The translations under genes and the position numbers were made by a program. A DNA stretch of 63,992 bases, filler included, from Reclinomonas americana ATCC 50394 (taxonomy: Eukaryota), in the NCBI GenBank assembly GCA_048213135.1. It is 15 parts of 15 records of this genome, joined end to end, with 100 filler letters (N's around TTAATTAATTAA, not from the genome) between each part and the next. Parts side by side here need not be neighbours in the genome. Positions count along the whole stretch, not along the records: positions 23,723 to 31,528 come from AFZH01019768.1; positions 31,629 to 33,432 come from AFZH01019769.1; positions 33,533 to 36,100 come from AFZH01019771.1; positions 36,201 to 45,736 come from AFZH01019772.1; 11 more parts are not named here. One strand, written 5' to 3'. Under the pieces are notes generated by a model that worked only from the letters and a program-made list of their open reading frames with translations, made no database searches and had not been told where the DNA came from. This document shows, one piece after another, positions 24,700-36,992 of the stretch. Position 1 is the stretch's first letter. Each line of letters begins with the position of its first letter.

Positions 24700-27600
24700 C
24701 GAACGCCAGCACCTCGAGCTCCTGGGTCTCGTGCTCTCCTCCCGCTCTCCTCACCATTCATGGCCTCTTTCGCTCAGTTCCGCCCACCGCCATTCGCGCC
24801 AACTTCGCATTGGTGGCCATCGCCTCGCCCTTCGCGGCGGTGGCTGCGGAGCCTCGCGCCCTGTCCACTCTGCCGATGTGCTACCGGCCTCCAACTACGC
24901 TGTGCCACCTGTTTCCGCCCAACCCGTGGCGGCGGCGATTGTGGAACCAGCAGCTGTGGCTCCGGCTGTTCCTCGCATGTCGACTCTGCAGCTAAAGATT
25001 CAAGCTCTTCACGAGGCCAACACCATGAAGACCGTGCTCCCGCTGGCCAGCGATCCGAGCAACCTCTCCACCCTGGAATGCCTCGTTTCGTTGAATTTGG
25101 GAAGGAAAGAATGTGGGCGAGGTCTCTCGTCTGACACGCTCTCCTCCCCCAGGTTCCTCTGTGGGCCAACCAGACCACAGCTGAGGCTGACTCGGCGGGC
25201 GGTCGTGCCACTGCGCAGCTGGCCGACGACATGTTGGTCAAGTTTGTCAGTCGCGAGAAGCCTACGGATAAGGTACGGCGGTGAAGGCTCAGAATGCACA
25301 GGCCTCTTCTGTGTCTTTCTCTCTTCTTAACGCACTTCTTCGTCTGTCTTCCTCTTCATCTCTCCCTCTTTCATGTGCCCTCATTTGCAGTTTCTCTCTC
25401 TCTTTTCGTCCTCACTCCTCTTTTGCTGACGCCCATCTCTTTCCAGTTCCCTCCTTTCTCTCCCTCTCTACTCTCTTCTATCTCTTGTCTCAGTCTCTTC
25501 CTTTGTCTTTCTCTCTCTTTTCTCTCTCATTTGTCTCTTCTCTCTCTCTTTATTCTCCCTCTCTTCTCTCTCTCTCTTCTCCCCTTTTCTCTCCCTTTTC
25601 TCTCCCTTTTCTCTCCCTTCTCTCTCCCTTTTCTCTCCCTTTTCTCTCTCCCCTTGTCTCTCTCTCCCTTTTCTCTCCCTTCGCTCTCCCTTCTCTCTCT
25701 ATCGCCTTCTCTCTATCTCTGTTGTTTGCTCCACCTTTCCCTTCTCCGTTCACCCACATCTCTGTCTCTCTTTGTCGTTGGTCGTTTCCTCACCGCCTGC
25801 TTGTGCCCTGTTCCACTGTCTTCGATTGCACATGTCTTTCGCCGTCCTTCTTATGTACTGCGCTTATAAGTGGGCTCTCTTCCAGTCAACACCTATGCTG
25901 TCTGTGACCTTCCTCTCCAAGTTGTGAGCATATTTAATGTTTGCATCCTCGTGCGGCGCTGCATCATTCTCTTGTGCGCGCTGGCCATTGTGTGCTTTGC
26001 TGAATCACTGCCTCACGGAATGTGTGTGTGATCAGGTTCTGGTGGTCGCTGGATGGTCCGGCGGTGGCAAGTCCGTGCTGCTGCGCCAGCTCACCACTCG
26101 CCTGCATGCGCGCAACGACACGCTGGTGTTGTCGGCTCGTCTTCCCGCCATTCCTCGTGAAGAAGTGCTGCGCAAGCCAGGAGCGCTGCTGCTTTACCTT
26201 CTGCACGAGGCCAACGAGGCCGTGGAGGACACGAAGATGCAGGTGACAGAGGATGAGGTGAGTATGTTTGTGGGTTGGTTGGCATTCAGATTCGTGGTGG
26301 TTTGTGTGGAGCCGGGAGCATGATGTTGAGTCTCGAGAAGGTCGCTTGCATGTGTCCCTGCACACACATCTTTCTCTCTCTCTCTCTGTCTGCTCACGTA
26401 TTTCACTTCCTATTTTTCTCACTCGACGTCCAGTCTCTTATGCTCCTTATCTCTCCATGTGGAGTCATCTACCTTGCTTCTTCCCAGATACTCTCACTTT
26501 TGCACATTGTTTTTCTCTTGTGATTGTACATGCTCCCCCCGCTCTCTCCATCTTCACTTTGTCTCGCTTTAGGTTGCACAGTCTCATTCTCTTTCACGGT
26601 TTATCTCTCTTCCAAAGGTACTGTTTCTGGTCGCTGTGTCCTTTCTCTCCTCCTCTGTTGAGAATATACTTTCTCTCACTCAGTCTTCTTTCCCCAATGC
26701 GCTCTTCTGTCGTTCTTGCAAGCATCTCCCTCTCTCATAGTTGCTCTCTCTCCCAGTCTCTCTCAGTCTCTCTTTCAGTCTCTCTCTCTTTCTCCGTCTC
26801 TTTCTCTCTCTCGGCCTCTCTTTCTCAGTCTCTCTCTCTCTCCGTCTTTTTCTCTCCTATTGTGCGTCTCTCCCTCTCCCTCCGCCACCACTCGTTTTCT
26901 CACTCTTTCTGTCAGCGTGTATCTCTTCACATTGATGGTTTCTATGCACGCTCTGTTCCTACTTGCCTCACATTTGTCACACCACACAGCTTCGACGCAT
27001 CGGCACCGTTGTGCTGGTGCTCGACGGATATGACGAGTGCAGTGAGGCACCCGGCAACTTGTTTGTCAACCACGAACTCGATGTTGCGTTGCCATGCCAA
27101 GTGGCGTGATATGCACGCATGCAGTGGAGTGAATCGACTCACTCAATCGCGTAGAGTTGGCCCAATGTGCTCCTGGTGGTGTCGGTGCGACGCGAATTCA
27201 TCAGCCGCCTCGGCAACTTCTGGGCTGAAGAGCACTTTGTGCCTGTGGACCCGAAGCTGTCGCGCGCCGAGCGGCTTCGTCAGTCGGAGCGTACGCTTGT
27301 ACGATGTATGCTGCGTCTGTTCTCCAAGGACGACATTGATCTCTTTCTGCACAAGTTGAGTGCCATCGCTGCTCTGCCCTGCTTGTTCACTTGGATTACA
27401 CATTCACTTTTGTGTGAGCAGGTTTGTGGAATCACGAGCGGATCACCCTCGCTCATGGGAGCAGTACAAGCAGCAGATCGAGCGCACGCCGGGATTGGAT
27501 GGACTGGCTTCGTCGGTGAGTTCTTTGTTGGTGATGGAAGGAAATAGAGTGCGCAATGATATCGACGCGAAGAGTGTTGTACGAGAGCGACAAGAAAAGC

Positions 27601-30600
27601 GACATCATAACAAAAGAATATCACATGTCAATGCAGTGGCGGCGGTGGTACTCACTTTCCTCCTTTTCCCCCTTTCCATAACAGCCCCTGATGTTGAATA
27701 TGATTGTTCTGGTAATGGAGGACCTGGAGCGAATGCACGATCACCATGAAGGCGCTGGCGGTACTACTGCACTCTCCACGAATCGTGTGACTCGTGCACG
27801 GTTGTATGAGGCGTTTGCCAAACACAAACTGCGCTGGGAGTTTGAGCATCACCGAGTGCACATTCGTCAGGTGTGCCGTTGGCGGTTGTGGATAACAGTG
27901 TGGAATGCATGCCCTCTTACAAGATCATTCTTGCACAGTTGTATGGCGACGATGAATCGGAAGAGGATTTCTGTCTGCGAGTGTGGGACTTTTGCTCGGA
28001 GCTTGCTGGAGAGATGATGCAACACTCGTTGGTATCTGTGCGGCAGGGAAAGCTTGAGGTCTGTACGTTCAACATGAGAAGTTTGCTACAATTCCTGTTC
28101 CATCTGCGTTTCGTAGCTCACTCTCCTTCATTCATCACAGCACACTCAACAAGCTGTCGCAGAGCAGCATGTGTGGAACAAGTGGTTTGATCGTGATGAT
28201 CCGTTGCAGAACTCCCTCGCTCGTGCTGTTGCGTCGTCATAATGTTCCCTCTCTCGTTGCGATGCATTCCCTGCGTTCTCATTCGAGATACGACACAGGC
28301 GTTGTTGAAGTGGAGTCGACTCGGAGCATCGCAGCAGCGTGTGGAGTTCATGCACAAATCGGTGCTAGAGTACTTTGCCGCTCAGTCGTGGCTGGCTGAT
28401 GTGCGGTTGTTGGCCGATGAGGAGGTGGAGTTGGAGGTGCGTATCGTCGTGCTTCTCTGATCATCCCTGCTGCATGATTGTCAACCTACCTCGGAGCAGG
28501 ATCGGCTCGACAGACTATGCGCCAGCTTCACTGGCCAGCGGACACTGCTCACATCGGATGAAGTGAGTGCATCCTTTCCATCATTCACTCTCGCGACATG
28601 CGCTCATCCCTTCTTCGCTGGATGCAGGGACTTAATTCTATCCTGTCGTTCGTCGCCGAGCAAGTGCAGGCTGATCCGTCTCTCCATGACGTACTGTGGA
28701 AGGCGATTGCTCTTTCACGCACGGAGGAAAGAGTCGCTTCAGTGTCGTCGAGTGCGGCAAGTACACTATGTCTCGCGGAGGTGTCGTTCAGTGGGCGCGA
28801 TTTGTCGGGTGTGCGAATCCCAGGTGCGGATTTGAGAGATGCAGTGATGCACAGGACGGTGTGGAGGGGAGCGGATATGCGAGGGGTGAATGTGTGCATG
28901 GCATTTGCGAGAGAGGCGGATTTCACGGGGGCGTATATGACGGGTATGAAGTGGCCGAGAAAACCAATTGAAGGCCATACGAGTGTGGTGAGCGCAGTGA
29001 CAGTGACACCCGATGGTCAGCACATTGTGAGTGGCAGTGCTGACGGTACTGTACGGATGTGGTCAGTGGCAAGTGGCGAGGAGGTGCGCCGACTGGAAGG
29101 GCACGCAGGTAGGGTGTTTGCAGTGGCAGTGACACCCGATGGCCAGCGCATAGTGAGTGGCAGCAAGGACAAAACTGTACGTGTGTGGTCTGTGGCAAGT
29201 GGCGAGGAGGTGTGCCTACTGGAAGGTCACACAGAGTCGGTGAATGCTGTGGCAGTGACATCCGATGGCCAAAACATTGTGAGTGGCAGCGATGATGAGA
29301 CTGTGCGAGTGTGGTCGATGGCAAGCGGCAAGGAGGTGCGCCGACTGGAAGGCCACACGAGTGCGGTGATTGCAGCGGCAGTGACACCCGATGGTCGGCA
29401 CGTTGTGAGCGGCAGTCGGGACAAGACTGTACGAGTGTGGTCGGTGGAAAGTGGCGAGGAGGTGCGCCGACTGGAAGGCCACGCGAGTACGGTATGGGCA
29501 GTAGCAGTGACACCCGATGGCCAGCACATTGTGAGTGGCAGTGATGACATGACTGTACGGGTGTGGTCGGTGGCAAGTGGTGAGGAGGTGCGCCGCCTGG
29601 AAGGCCACACTGATCATGTACGGGCAGTGGCAGTGACACTCGATGGTCAGAACGTTGTGAGTGGCGGTGGTGACAACACTGTTCGGGTATGGTCAGTGGC
29701 AAGTGGCGAGGAGGTGCGCCGACTGGAAGGCCACACAAGTGTGGTGTGGGCGGTGGCAGTGACACCCGATGGCCAGCACATTGTGAGTGGCAGTCGGGAC
29801 GAGACTGTACGAGTGTGGTCGGTGGCAAGTGGCGAGGAGGTGCGCCGACTGGAAGGCCACACGAGTGAAGTGTATGCAGTGGCAGTGACACCCGACCTCC
29901 AGCACATTGTGAGTGGCAGTGAGGACAAGACTGTGCGGATGTGGTCGCTAGCGAGTGGCGAGGAGGTGCGCCGACTCGAAGGCCACACGGGATGGGTTTC
30001 TGCAGTGGCAGTGACACCCGATGGCCAGCACATTGTGAGCGGCAGTCGTGACAAGACTGTGCGGATATGGTCCGTGGAAAGTGACGAGGAGGTGCGCCGA
30101 CTTGAAGGCCACACGGATGCAGTGTCTCGAGTGGTAGTGACACCCGATGGCCAGCACATTGTGAGTGGCAGTCATGACAAGACTATACGAGTGTGGTCCG
30201 TGGAAAGTGGCGAAGAGGTGCGCCGACTGGAAGGCCACACGAACTTTGTGTGTACTGTTGCAGTGACACCCGATGGCCAGCACATTGTGAGTGGAAGTGA
30301 TGACGAGACTGTACGGGTGTGGTCGGTGGCAAGTGGCGAGGAGGTGCGCCGACTAGAAGGCCACACGAGTGCGGTGACTACAGTGGCAGTAACACCCGAT
30401 GGCCAGCACATTGTGAGTGGCAGTGATGACGAGACTGTACGAGTGTGGTCGATGGCAAGTGGCGAGGAGGTGCGCCGACTAGAAGGCCACACGAGCGGGG
30501 TGTTTGCAGTGGCAGTAACACCCGATGGTTGGCACGTTGTGAGTGGCAGTGGTGACAAGACCGTACGGATGTGGTCTCTGGAAAGTGGCGAGCAGGTGCG

Positions 30601-30883
30601 CCGACTGGAGGGCCACACGGATTGGGTGCGTGCAGCAGCAGTGACACCCGATGGCCAGCACATTATTAGTGGCAGTGATGACAAGACTGTACGGGTGTGG
30701 TCGGTGGCAAGTGGTGAGGAGGTGCGCGGGCTGGAAGGCCACACGGATGGGATGTGTACAGAGGTAGATGGACAGCGTGTTCTTCCAAGTTGGAAGGATT
30801 CACCGCTTGCACACCACGATGGAGAGCTACTGCTGCGCATTCTTGGCTCCTTCCTGCCTGATTTCACCGGCGTGATTGTGTGA
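24700..30883 (+). CDS. NLR-like STAND protein: NACHT-type NTPase - pentapeptide repeats - 14 WD40 repeats (5' end uncertain, probably further upstream exons)
   Basis: Walker A VLVVAGWSGGGKS (G at 26051), Walker B VVLVLDGYDE (27008-27037), sensor LVVSVRRE, PLML, winged-helix EFMHKSVLEYFAAQ, pentapeptide FSGRDLSGVRIPGADL..ADMRGVNV..ADFTGA, then the WD40 array and stop at 30883. Confidence 0.9.
28970..30733 (+). repeat. Fourteen highly conserved 126-bp (42-aa) WD40 repeats in one exon
   Basis: Consensus EGHTxxVxAVAVTPDGQHIVSGSxDxTVRVWSVASGEEVRRL repeated 14 times. Confidence 0.97.
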
Positions 30884-31154
30884 CAAGACAAACGGGAGCT
30901 CGTGTAGCAACCCTTAAATGTCCGCCGACTTAACGGATTATGCAGGCACGCATGGACCCTTGTCCTGTCGTGCATGCAATATGTGCCAAGCCGAACTAGG
31001 TGCTCGGCGTTAACAATGTGCAAAATGACCTCAGCGATCGGATGAATCACAATACAGGTTGTTTGTCGTCGCCGCTGGCTGCACCTATATCTGATGCAGA
31101 TGACCACCCCGGTCAAGGGTTTCGTGTCGTATTCTTCATGGCGAAGAGATGCCC

Positions 31155-31400
31155 TCAATTACTTGAGATATTCGTCGAGAGTACGCTCGTCGAGTTCCTG
31201 AAGTACATGTACTCCGTTGTTGGCTGGTGAGACATGTGTATTCGATGCACGAGATGTCGCTGTATTCTAACGAGTTCACCTGCGCAGTGGATAGCAAAGA
31301 TCACATATTCCGCCCGCAACATCTCCATACAGCACCTGTCCACCACTCGGCGCAGCTGGTTGCTCTCCATGCCCATCTTCTTCAGCGACGTCCGGTGTGC
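31155..31400 (-). other. Coding-like fragment paralogous to window positions ~56-180 (+); function unknown
   Basis: MGMESNQLRRVVDRCCMEMLRAEYVIFAIHCAG aligns without gaps to MSIESGQLRRAVDRCCVEILRADCAMFAFRCAG. Confidence 0.55.
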
Positions 31401-31628
31401 ACATGGGAAAAGGGAAGGGAGGGGGGAAAGGAAGGGATAAGTGGAGAAGGAGGAGACGGGAGGGGAGGAAAAGGGAATGGAGACGGGAGGAGAAGAGAAG
31501 GAGGAGACGGGAAGGGAGGAGAGGAGACNNNNNNNNNNNNNNNNNNNNNNNNNNNNNNNNNNNNNNNNNNNNTTAATTAATTAANNNNNNNNNNNNNNNN
31601 NNNNNNNNNNNNNNNNNNNNNNNNNNNN

Positions 31629-33432
31629 CGCGTCGGTTTGTCTGGACAAGTGGTGGTGTTGACGGTGCCAGTGGCCTCGTTCCCCTTTGCCACGCCGTCA
31701 TTTACACTGTTCAAGAACGCCGACTGCCGCGGAAATGTGGCCACCATCATCAGCGGCTTCAACATCGCGTCTGATGGCACGACCTATACCATCACATGGA
31801 CATGCGACACGACTGGAGAGCCAACACCAACGAAGCAGCAGTTGTGCCTGTCGTCCACTGACCTGGCAGGCTACTTCAGCATGGCATCTGTATCCATTTG
31901 TTGCGTTCCTGCTGGAGATATTCTGATGTCAGGTTTACTTCCTTTTCTTCTAACGAGGTGAATATGCAGATCGTGTCAAGAGCACTTCCGCGCCTTCCAT
32001 ATTCCAGGGCATCAAGTCGCAAACTGTTGTCTTGTCCGGTGGTGACTTCCCATTGCTGGCTACAAGTGCCGCCAATGGCAGCAATCCAGTCACACCTGGC
32101 GGCACATCACTGGCATTCTTCCTTTCACTCGCCACCGACTGTTCGTCGATGGACTCGCGGGCGGCTGCCTTTGTGGTCACTGCGGTGTCGCCGACGCGTA
32201 TTACGGCCACTGTCTCCACCATTTCTGCGGTCTCTCTCGCCTCGTGCACCCTGGATCCGCCTGGCACGTATCAGATTTGTGGTCGGTGTGTTACGGAGGG
32301 AAAGAGGGAAAAGGAGGGGAGGGAGGGGAGGGAGGGGAGGGAGGGAAAGGGGGAAAGGGGACTGGGAGGAACGACGGTGAAGAAAGAGAGGCAAATGGGA
32401 GAGAGGGCATTACCGTTGAGAGATATGGGGCGAGGGGAAATGGTGATAGAGAAAGGGCGTGAGAGTGGATGGTGTGGGGCAGAAAGAACAAAGCAGTGGG
32501 TGCCGGGAGGAGAGGCGAAGGAAAGCGGGAGAGTCTGGTGAGCCACGAAGTAGATTGTCTGTATGTGTGGGAGAAATGGTAGGATGTGAATGAGAGGGTA
32601 GTTGCGAGAGGCAAGAGGACAAAGGAGCAATAGGGAAAGTGAGTGAGAGGCTGCAGGTGGGCCACGTATGTGCGAGAGATACGCGAGGATGTGAACGAGA
32701 GCGCGGTTGCGAGAGGCAAGAGGGCTGAGGAGCAATAGGAAAAGTGAGTGAGAGGCTGCAGGTGAGCCACGTATTTGTGAGAGATATGCGAGGATGTGAA
32801 CGAGAGGGCGGCTGCGTGAGGCAAGAGGGCTGATGAGCAATAGGAAAAAATGAGAGAGAGACCGCAGGAGAAAATGAGTGAGACTTTTGTCATTCTCTTT
32901 CATGTTCAACGAGAAAAGTGGAAGGATAAGAGAGAATGCGATTGATCTATCGACGTTTCACCACCATCGACTATTCATTCCACTGACGACATATCTGCGC
33001 ACAGCTTCCAAGATGGCTCGTATGTGCCTCTCGGTGTGACATTGACCATCACGACCGTCACCGACCCCGATGTCGGCTTCATTTCTCCAAAGTCGTTGCC
33101 TCTCGGTGTGCCAACTACGCTGGTGTTGCATTCGCCATCGCGCACGCTGTCGAATTGTACTCGTTTCAAGGTCGTCGACGCTGGATCCGACTGCAATGGT
33201 CCGGCTTCGGGTGAGTGCTGAGAATGAGAAGATTCTGCGCGGGCGGTGGGTGGAGGAGATCTGTACTCACGGTTCGCCCTCTTTGCATATCTCTCTCTCG
33301 TCAGCGGCCCTTGCGCTTACGGCCTTCCAAGACGGCGTGTTTGATGCGTCGTCATGCTTCTATGGATCTGTTGCTGGCGGCTGTGGACAGTTCAAGGTGC
33401 AGCTCACGAGCTCCAAGTCGGTGTATGCCACA
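31629..33432 (+). CDS. Internal exons of a Thr/Ser/Cys-rich, probably extracellular protein
   Basis: Several open exon-like segments (GQVVVLTVPVASF..TYTITWTCD, FVVTAVSPTRITATV..GTYQIC, LTITTVTDPDVGFISPKSLPLGVPT) with beta-sandwich-like composition. Probably the same gene as the lectin exons across the gap. Confidence 0.5.
32560..32870. repeat. Intronic ~105-bp tandem repeat (about 3 copies)
   Basis: Recurrent aggatgtgaa.gagag...gttgcgagaggcaagagg...gagcaatagg.aaagtgagtgagaggctgcaggtg. Confidence 0.75.
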
Positions 33433-34374
33433 NNNNNNNNNNNNNNNNNNNNNNNNNNNNNNNNNNNNNNNNNNNNTTAATTAATTAANNNNNNNNNNNN
33501 NNNNNNNNNNNNNNNNNNNNNNNNNNNNNNNNACGTTGGAAGGGAAATGATACCTTGTGGCAGTGTGGATGAGAATGCATTGGAGAAGTAGTAATAATGA
33601 GAGGTGTGCCGTGGAGGCTGTGCGTGTGTGGTAAGAGAGGATCGTCAGAGGTGGGAAGGGAATGGATACCTTGTGGCAGTGTGAATGAGAATGCATTGGC
33701 GAGATAGTAACAGTAAGAAGTGTGCCGTGGAGGCAGTGCGTGTGGCAAGTCAGAGGGGGAAAGAGATAGAATAGGTTGTGGTAGTGTGTGGATTGTATGC
33801 CATTGAGAGGGTGATAAAGCGAGCGCTGTCAATGGAGGTTGATTCTGTATGCGAGAGAGAGAGGTTGGAGGGAGAAGAGAAGAAGGACAGTTTGTCAATA
33901 TTTGTGGTATTGTGTGACGACGGTAAGAAGGAGAGAGTGAGATAGGAGGAGGGCATCAGTGGAGATTGTTCTTGTCCTACGAGAGTGAGAGACCGACTGC
34001 GGGGAGGAAAAGATTAGTTGTTCCCATGTGTGATGTGAATGCACCGCATGAGGGGACGGGTTGTGGGTGACAGAAGTGGAAGATTTGAGGAGGGGAATGG
34101 CTGAGACTTTCGGCAGTGTGTGCTTGGGGATTCAACAGATGAGTGACATAGAGGATTGAAGGTCAAATGTGCGTGCGAGGAGAGGAGGTGGGGGACATAA
34201 AGGAAATGTTGAGGTGCTGTTGATGAGAGAAACAACAACAAGTGAGTCAGTCAGAGAGTTTATGTGTGAACAAGAGAGGAGTGGTACGGAGGAGCGGGTT
34301 GGATAGCATGACATTCTCAATCGCATGGTGTCCGCGCCGTACTTGCTGACGTTTGCTTTCTGGTTGTGCGACAG

Positions 34375-35558
34375 ATGAGCACTGGCACTGGCACTCGCTC
34401 CGTGGAGATCACACACCGCTTTGTGCAATCGTTCCCGGCGATTCCCACTGTGCTCTTTGGCATCTCCGCTCTCTCCAATACGATTGAGGGCGACACTGAC
34501 ATTCGCTGCGCGCGACCGTCGGTCACCAATTTTATGCTGACGGTGCAGTGCTCGGCACTCGGCACTGCGCAGTTCGACTCGCTCGTTACCAGTTTCGTGA
34601 GAGAGATTAAGTTCTCATGCACACTTGCATGAAACTCACGACCTGCGTCGCAGATTTCATCGCCATGTACGCGGACCCTGCCGCGACGTACACACACGTC
34701 AACGAATTGCCGCGTCAGAAAGCCGCCAATGAGTGGCTGAGCCTGGCCACCGACAAGAATTTCACCACGGTTTGTTGATGCAAGCAGACCTGTACATGGT
34801 CCTTGGACTCATTCATCGCAACCACGCGGCTGTGTGAGCAGGAGGTGGTGAATGCCCATGCGTTCGGATTCCAGACAATCCCCTCGATTGCGCTGGCGCT
34901 GACGGGTGTGCGGTCCATTCGACTCGATTCGAGAGGCACGGCGCGCAGCGACAACTTTGAGGTGGCCGTCGGTGAGGCGGCCGCGGCCACCTCGCAGGTG
35001 TTGATGACGGTGCGCGGCGATAGTCGCGTGCAGGCGTTGGAGCTGCGTTCCATGCTGGTGGGATCGCGGCTGGCGCCACGGGATAATTCCAGTGGCTACG
35101 TGATGGTTTCGGGAGGTGAGTTTGACTGCGAAGATTTGCCGGCAGTTGTGCACGATTACTGACATGGATCACTGTCATGTTGCACAGAGAGCACGCTCGT
35201 GGGAAACACGCCGGTGGTGGTCACCCTCATCAGCCGTCAGTCAACCCGCGGGTTGAAACAGACTGATTTCCATACCGCCGCGTTCTTGCGCGGATGGAAG
35301 ACGACCGGCACTGGTGCATCGCAGGTCAATCCGTCGATTCTACCGACAGATGTGGTTCCGGCGCAAGGCAGCGCGTCGAGTGGAGCGTACGGGCAGCTGA
35401 CGGTGACGGCGAGTAGTGGGGCGAGAAAGGAGAAGGGAGGGCAAGGAGGAAGGGAGGGAGGGCAAGGAGGAAAGGAGGGAGGGCAAGGGAGAGAGGAGGG
35501 AGGGCAAGGGAGAGAGGAGACATATGTGACGTGGGTGGCGATTGGCATCCCGGCGTGA
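34375..35558 (+). CDS. C-terminal exons with up to three H-type-lectin-like domains
   Basis: RSVEITHRFVQSFPAIPTVLFGISAL..VTNFMLTV and AFGFQTIPSIALALTGV match the recalled H-lectin F..F..P.V...(I/L) pattern. The model ends YVTWVAIGIPA*. Confidence 0.55.
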
Positions 35559-36266
35559 GAGAGGAGAAGGGAGAGGTTTGTGAAAAAGGGGAAGTAGGTG
35601 GTGAATACGCAGGAAAGGAATGAAAACAGAGAGCGTATGGGGCAAGTGGGTGTTGAGGGAAGGGAGGGCGCAAGGGGGAAGGGAGGGAGGGAGGGAGGGC
35701 AATGGAGAGAGGGGGGAGCTCGAGAGACGGAGCGAGGGAGCGAAGGAGCGCGTCTCGCAAATCGTCAGCGTGTGTGGCGCCGGCTGGTCGGTTCTTGACG
35801 CGTGGGTGACGCGATTCAGTGGCTGGCGTGTGTGATGCGCCGCCACCGATGCTTGGCCGCTGGCCGTGGTCGTCGTGCTAGCGCTGCAGCTGACAACCGT
35901 TGTCGATCGTCGACTGCGGCACGGTCAAAACACAACGACAACAATTTTACAAATACAACCAACAACACAGCTGCATGATGATCACTTGAATATACATGAG
36001 TCTGTCAGTGTTGGGATCGTTATTCTTCAAGTGTGCAGCAACGCAAATCGATTAGCAGAGCGAGGAAAAAACCAGCAAGACAGACATTTTAGTTGTGAGC
36101 NNNNNNNNNNNNNNNNNNNNNNNNNNNNNNNNNNNNNNNNNNNNTTAATTAATTAANNNNNNNNNNNNNNNNNNNNNNNNNNNNNNNNNNNNNNNNNNNN
36201 TGTGATAAGGGAAAGGAGTGGTGAGTCGGGGGAGGGAAAAGAGGAGGGCAAAGGGGAGGAACTGAC

Positions 36267-36323
36267 CTTGCGGCGCTTGCGCTTCAGTCGTCGCATACGC
36301 TTCTTCGCCCACTTCGCGCGCAT
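36267..36323 (-). CDS. RPL41: 60S ribosomal protein L41 (eL41), first coding exon; last few codons lost in the gap
   Basis: ATG..MRAKWAKKRMRRLKRKRRK followed by a GTCAGT donor. Confidence 0.93.
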
Positions 36324-36992
36324 CCTTCCTGAGAGAGAGAGAGCGAGGGGAGGAGCGTAAGGAAAAGAGCGACATGACGAGAAACAACACGGAGGAAAAG
36401 GGAGGAGGAGAGGGGAGAGGAGGCAAAGGCGAGGAAAGTGCGAGAGGAAGAAGAGGTGCACACGCGGGAATCGACGCTTGTGGTGTGGAGCGAGCGGCGC
36501 ACAAGAAGTGACATGCACAACACGAGCAGACATGCCGAGCGACTACACCAACAAACAAAGTTCGTCGAGTTTGTCTCTCAATCAGGGTAGTGGGAATGGC
36601 GGTGATCAAAGGTGGAGATAGAGGGCTCGGAAGTGGACGAGGGAGAGTGGGTGGGGAGCGAGTGTGTGGTGTCAATGCGCATGACCATCATGGCAAGACA
36701 CACACGCACGCACACGCGTACACACACGGGCACAACACGAGACGAGTCTCACGAGAGTGGGTGACGCGAAACACAAGCACGACGACAAAAGGAGTCGGTG
36801 TCGAGAGATTCACCCAAACACCAAGAGAATAAGACACACACTCTCTCACACTCCCACACTGACGGGAGCACACTGTGGTCTGTCTATTCAGGAAGTGACA
36901 TGGAAGGAGAGGGAAGGGGAGAGAGGGAGCGCCACGGAGAGGGAGGCGGTTTCCGCTCACGTCACTCACCTCAGGTATTCGGTGAATTGGCA

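Noticed and set aside
28970..30733. Diversity-generating retroelement acting on the WD40 repeats
   Set aside because: No reverse transcriptase or template repeat in the window, and variation is not confined to adenines.
28923..31158. Antisense ORFs over the WD40 array
   Set aside because: A by-product of the 126-bp repeat lacking stops in some frames.
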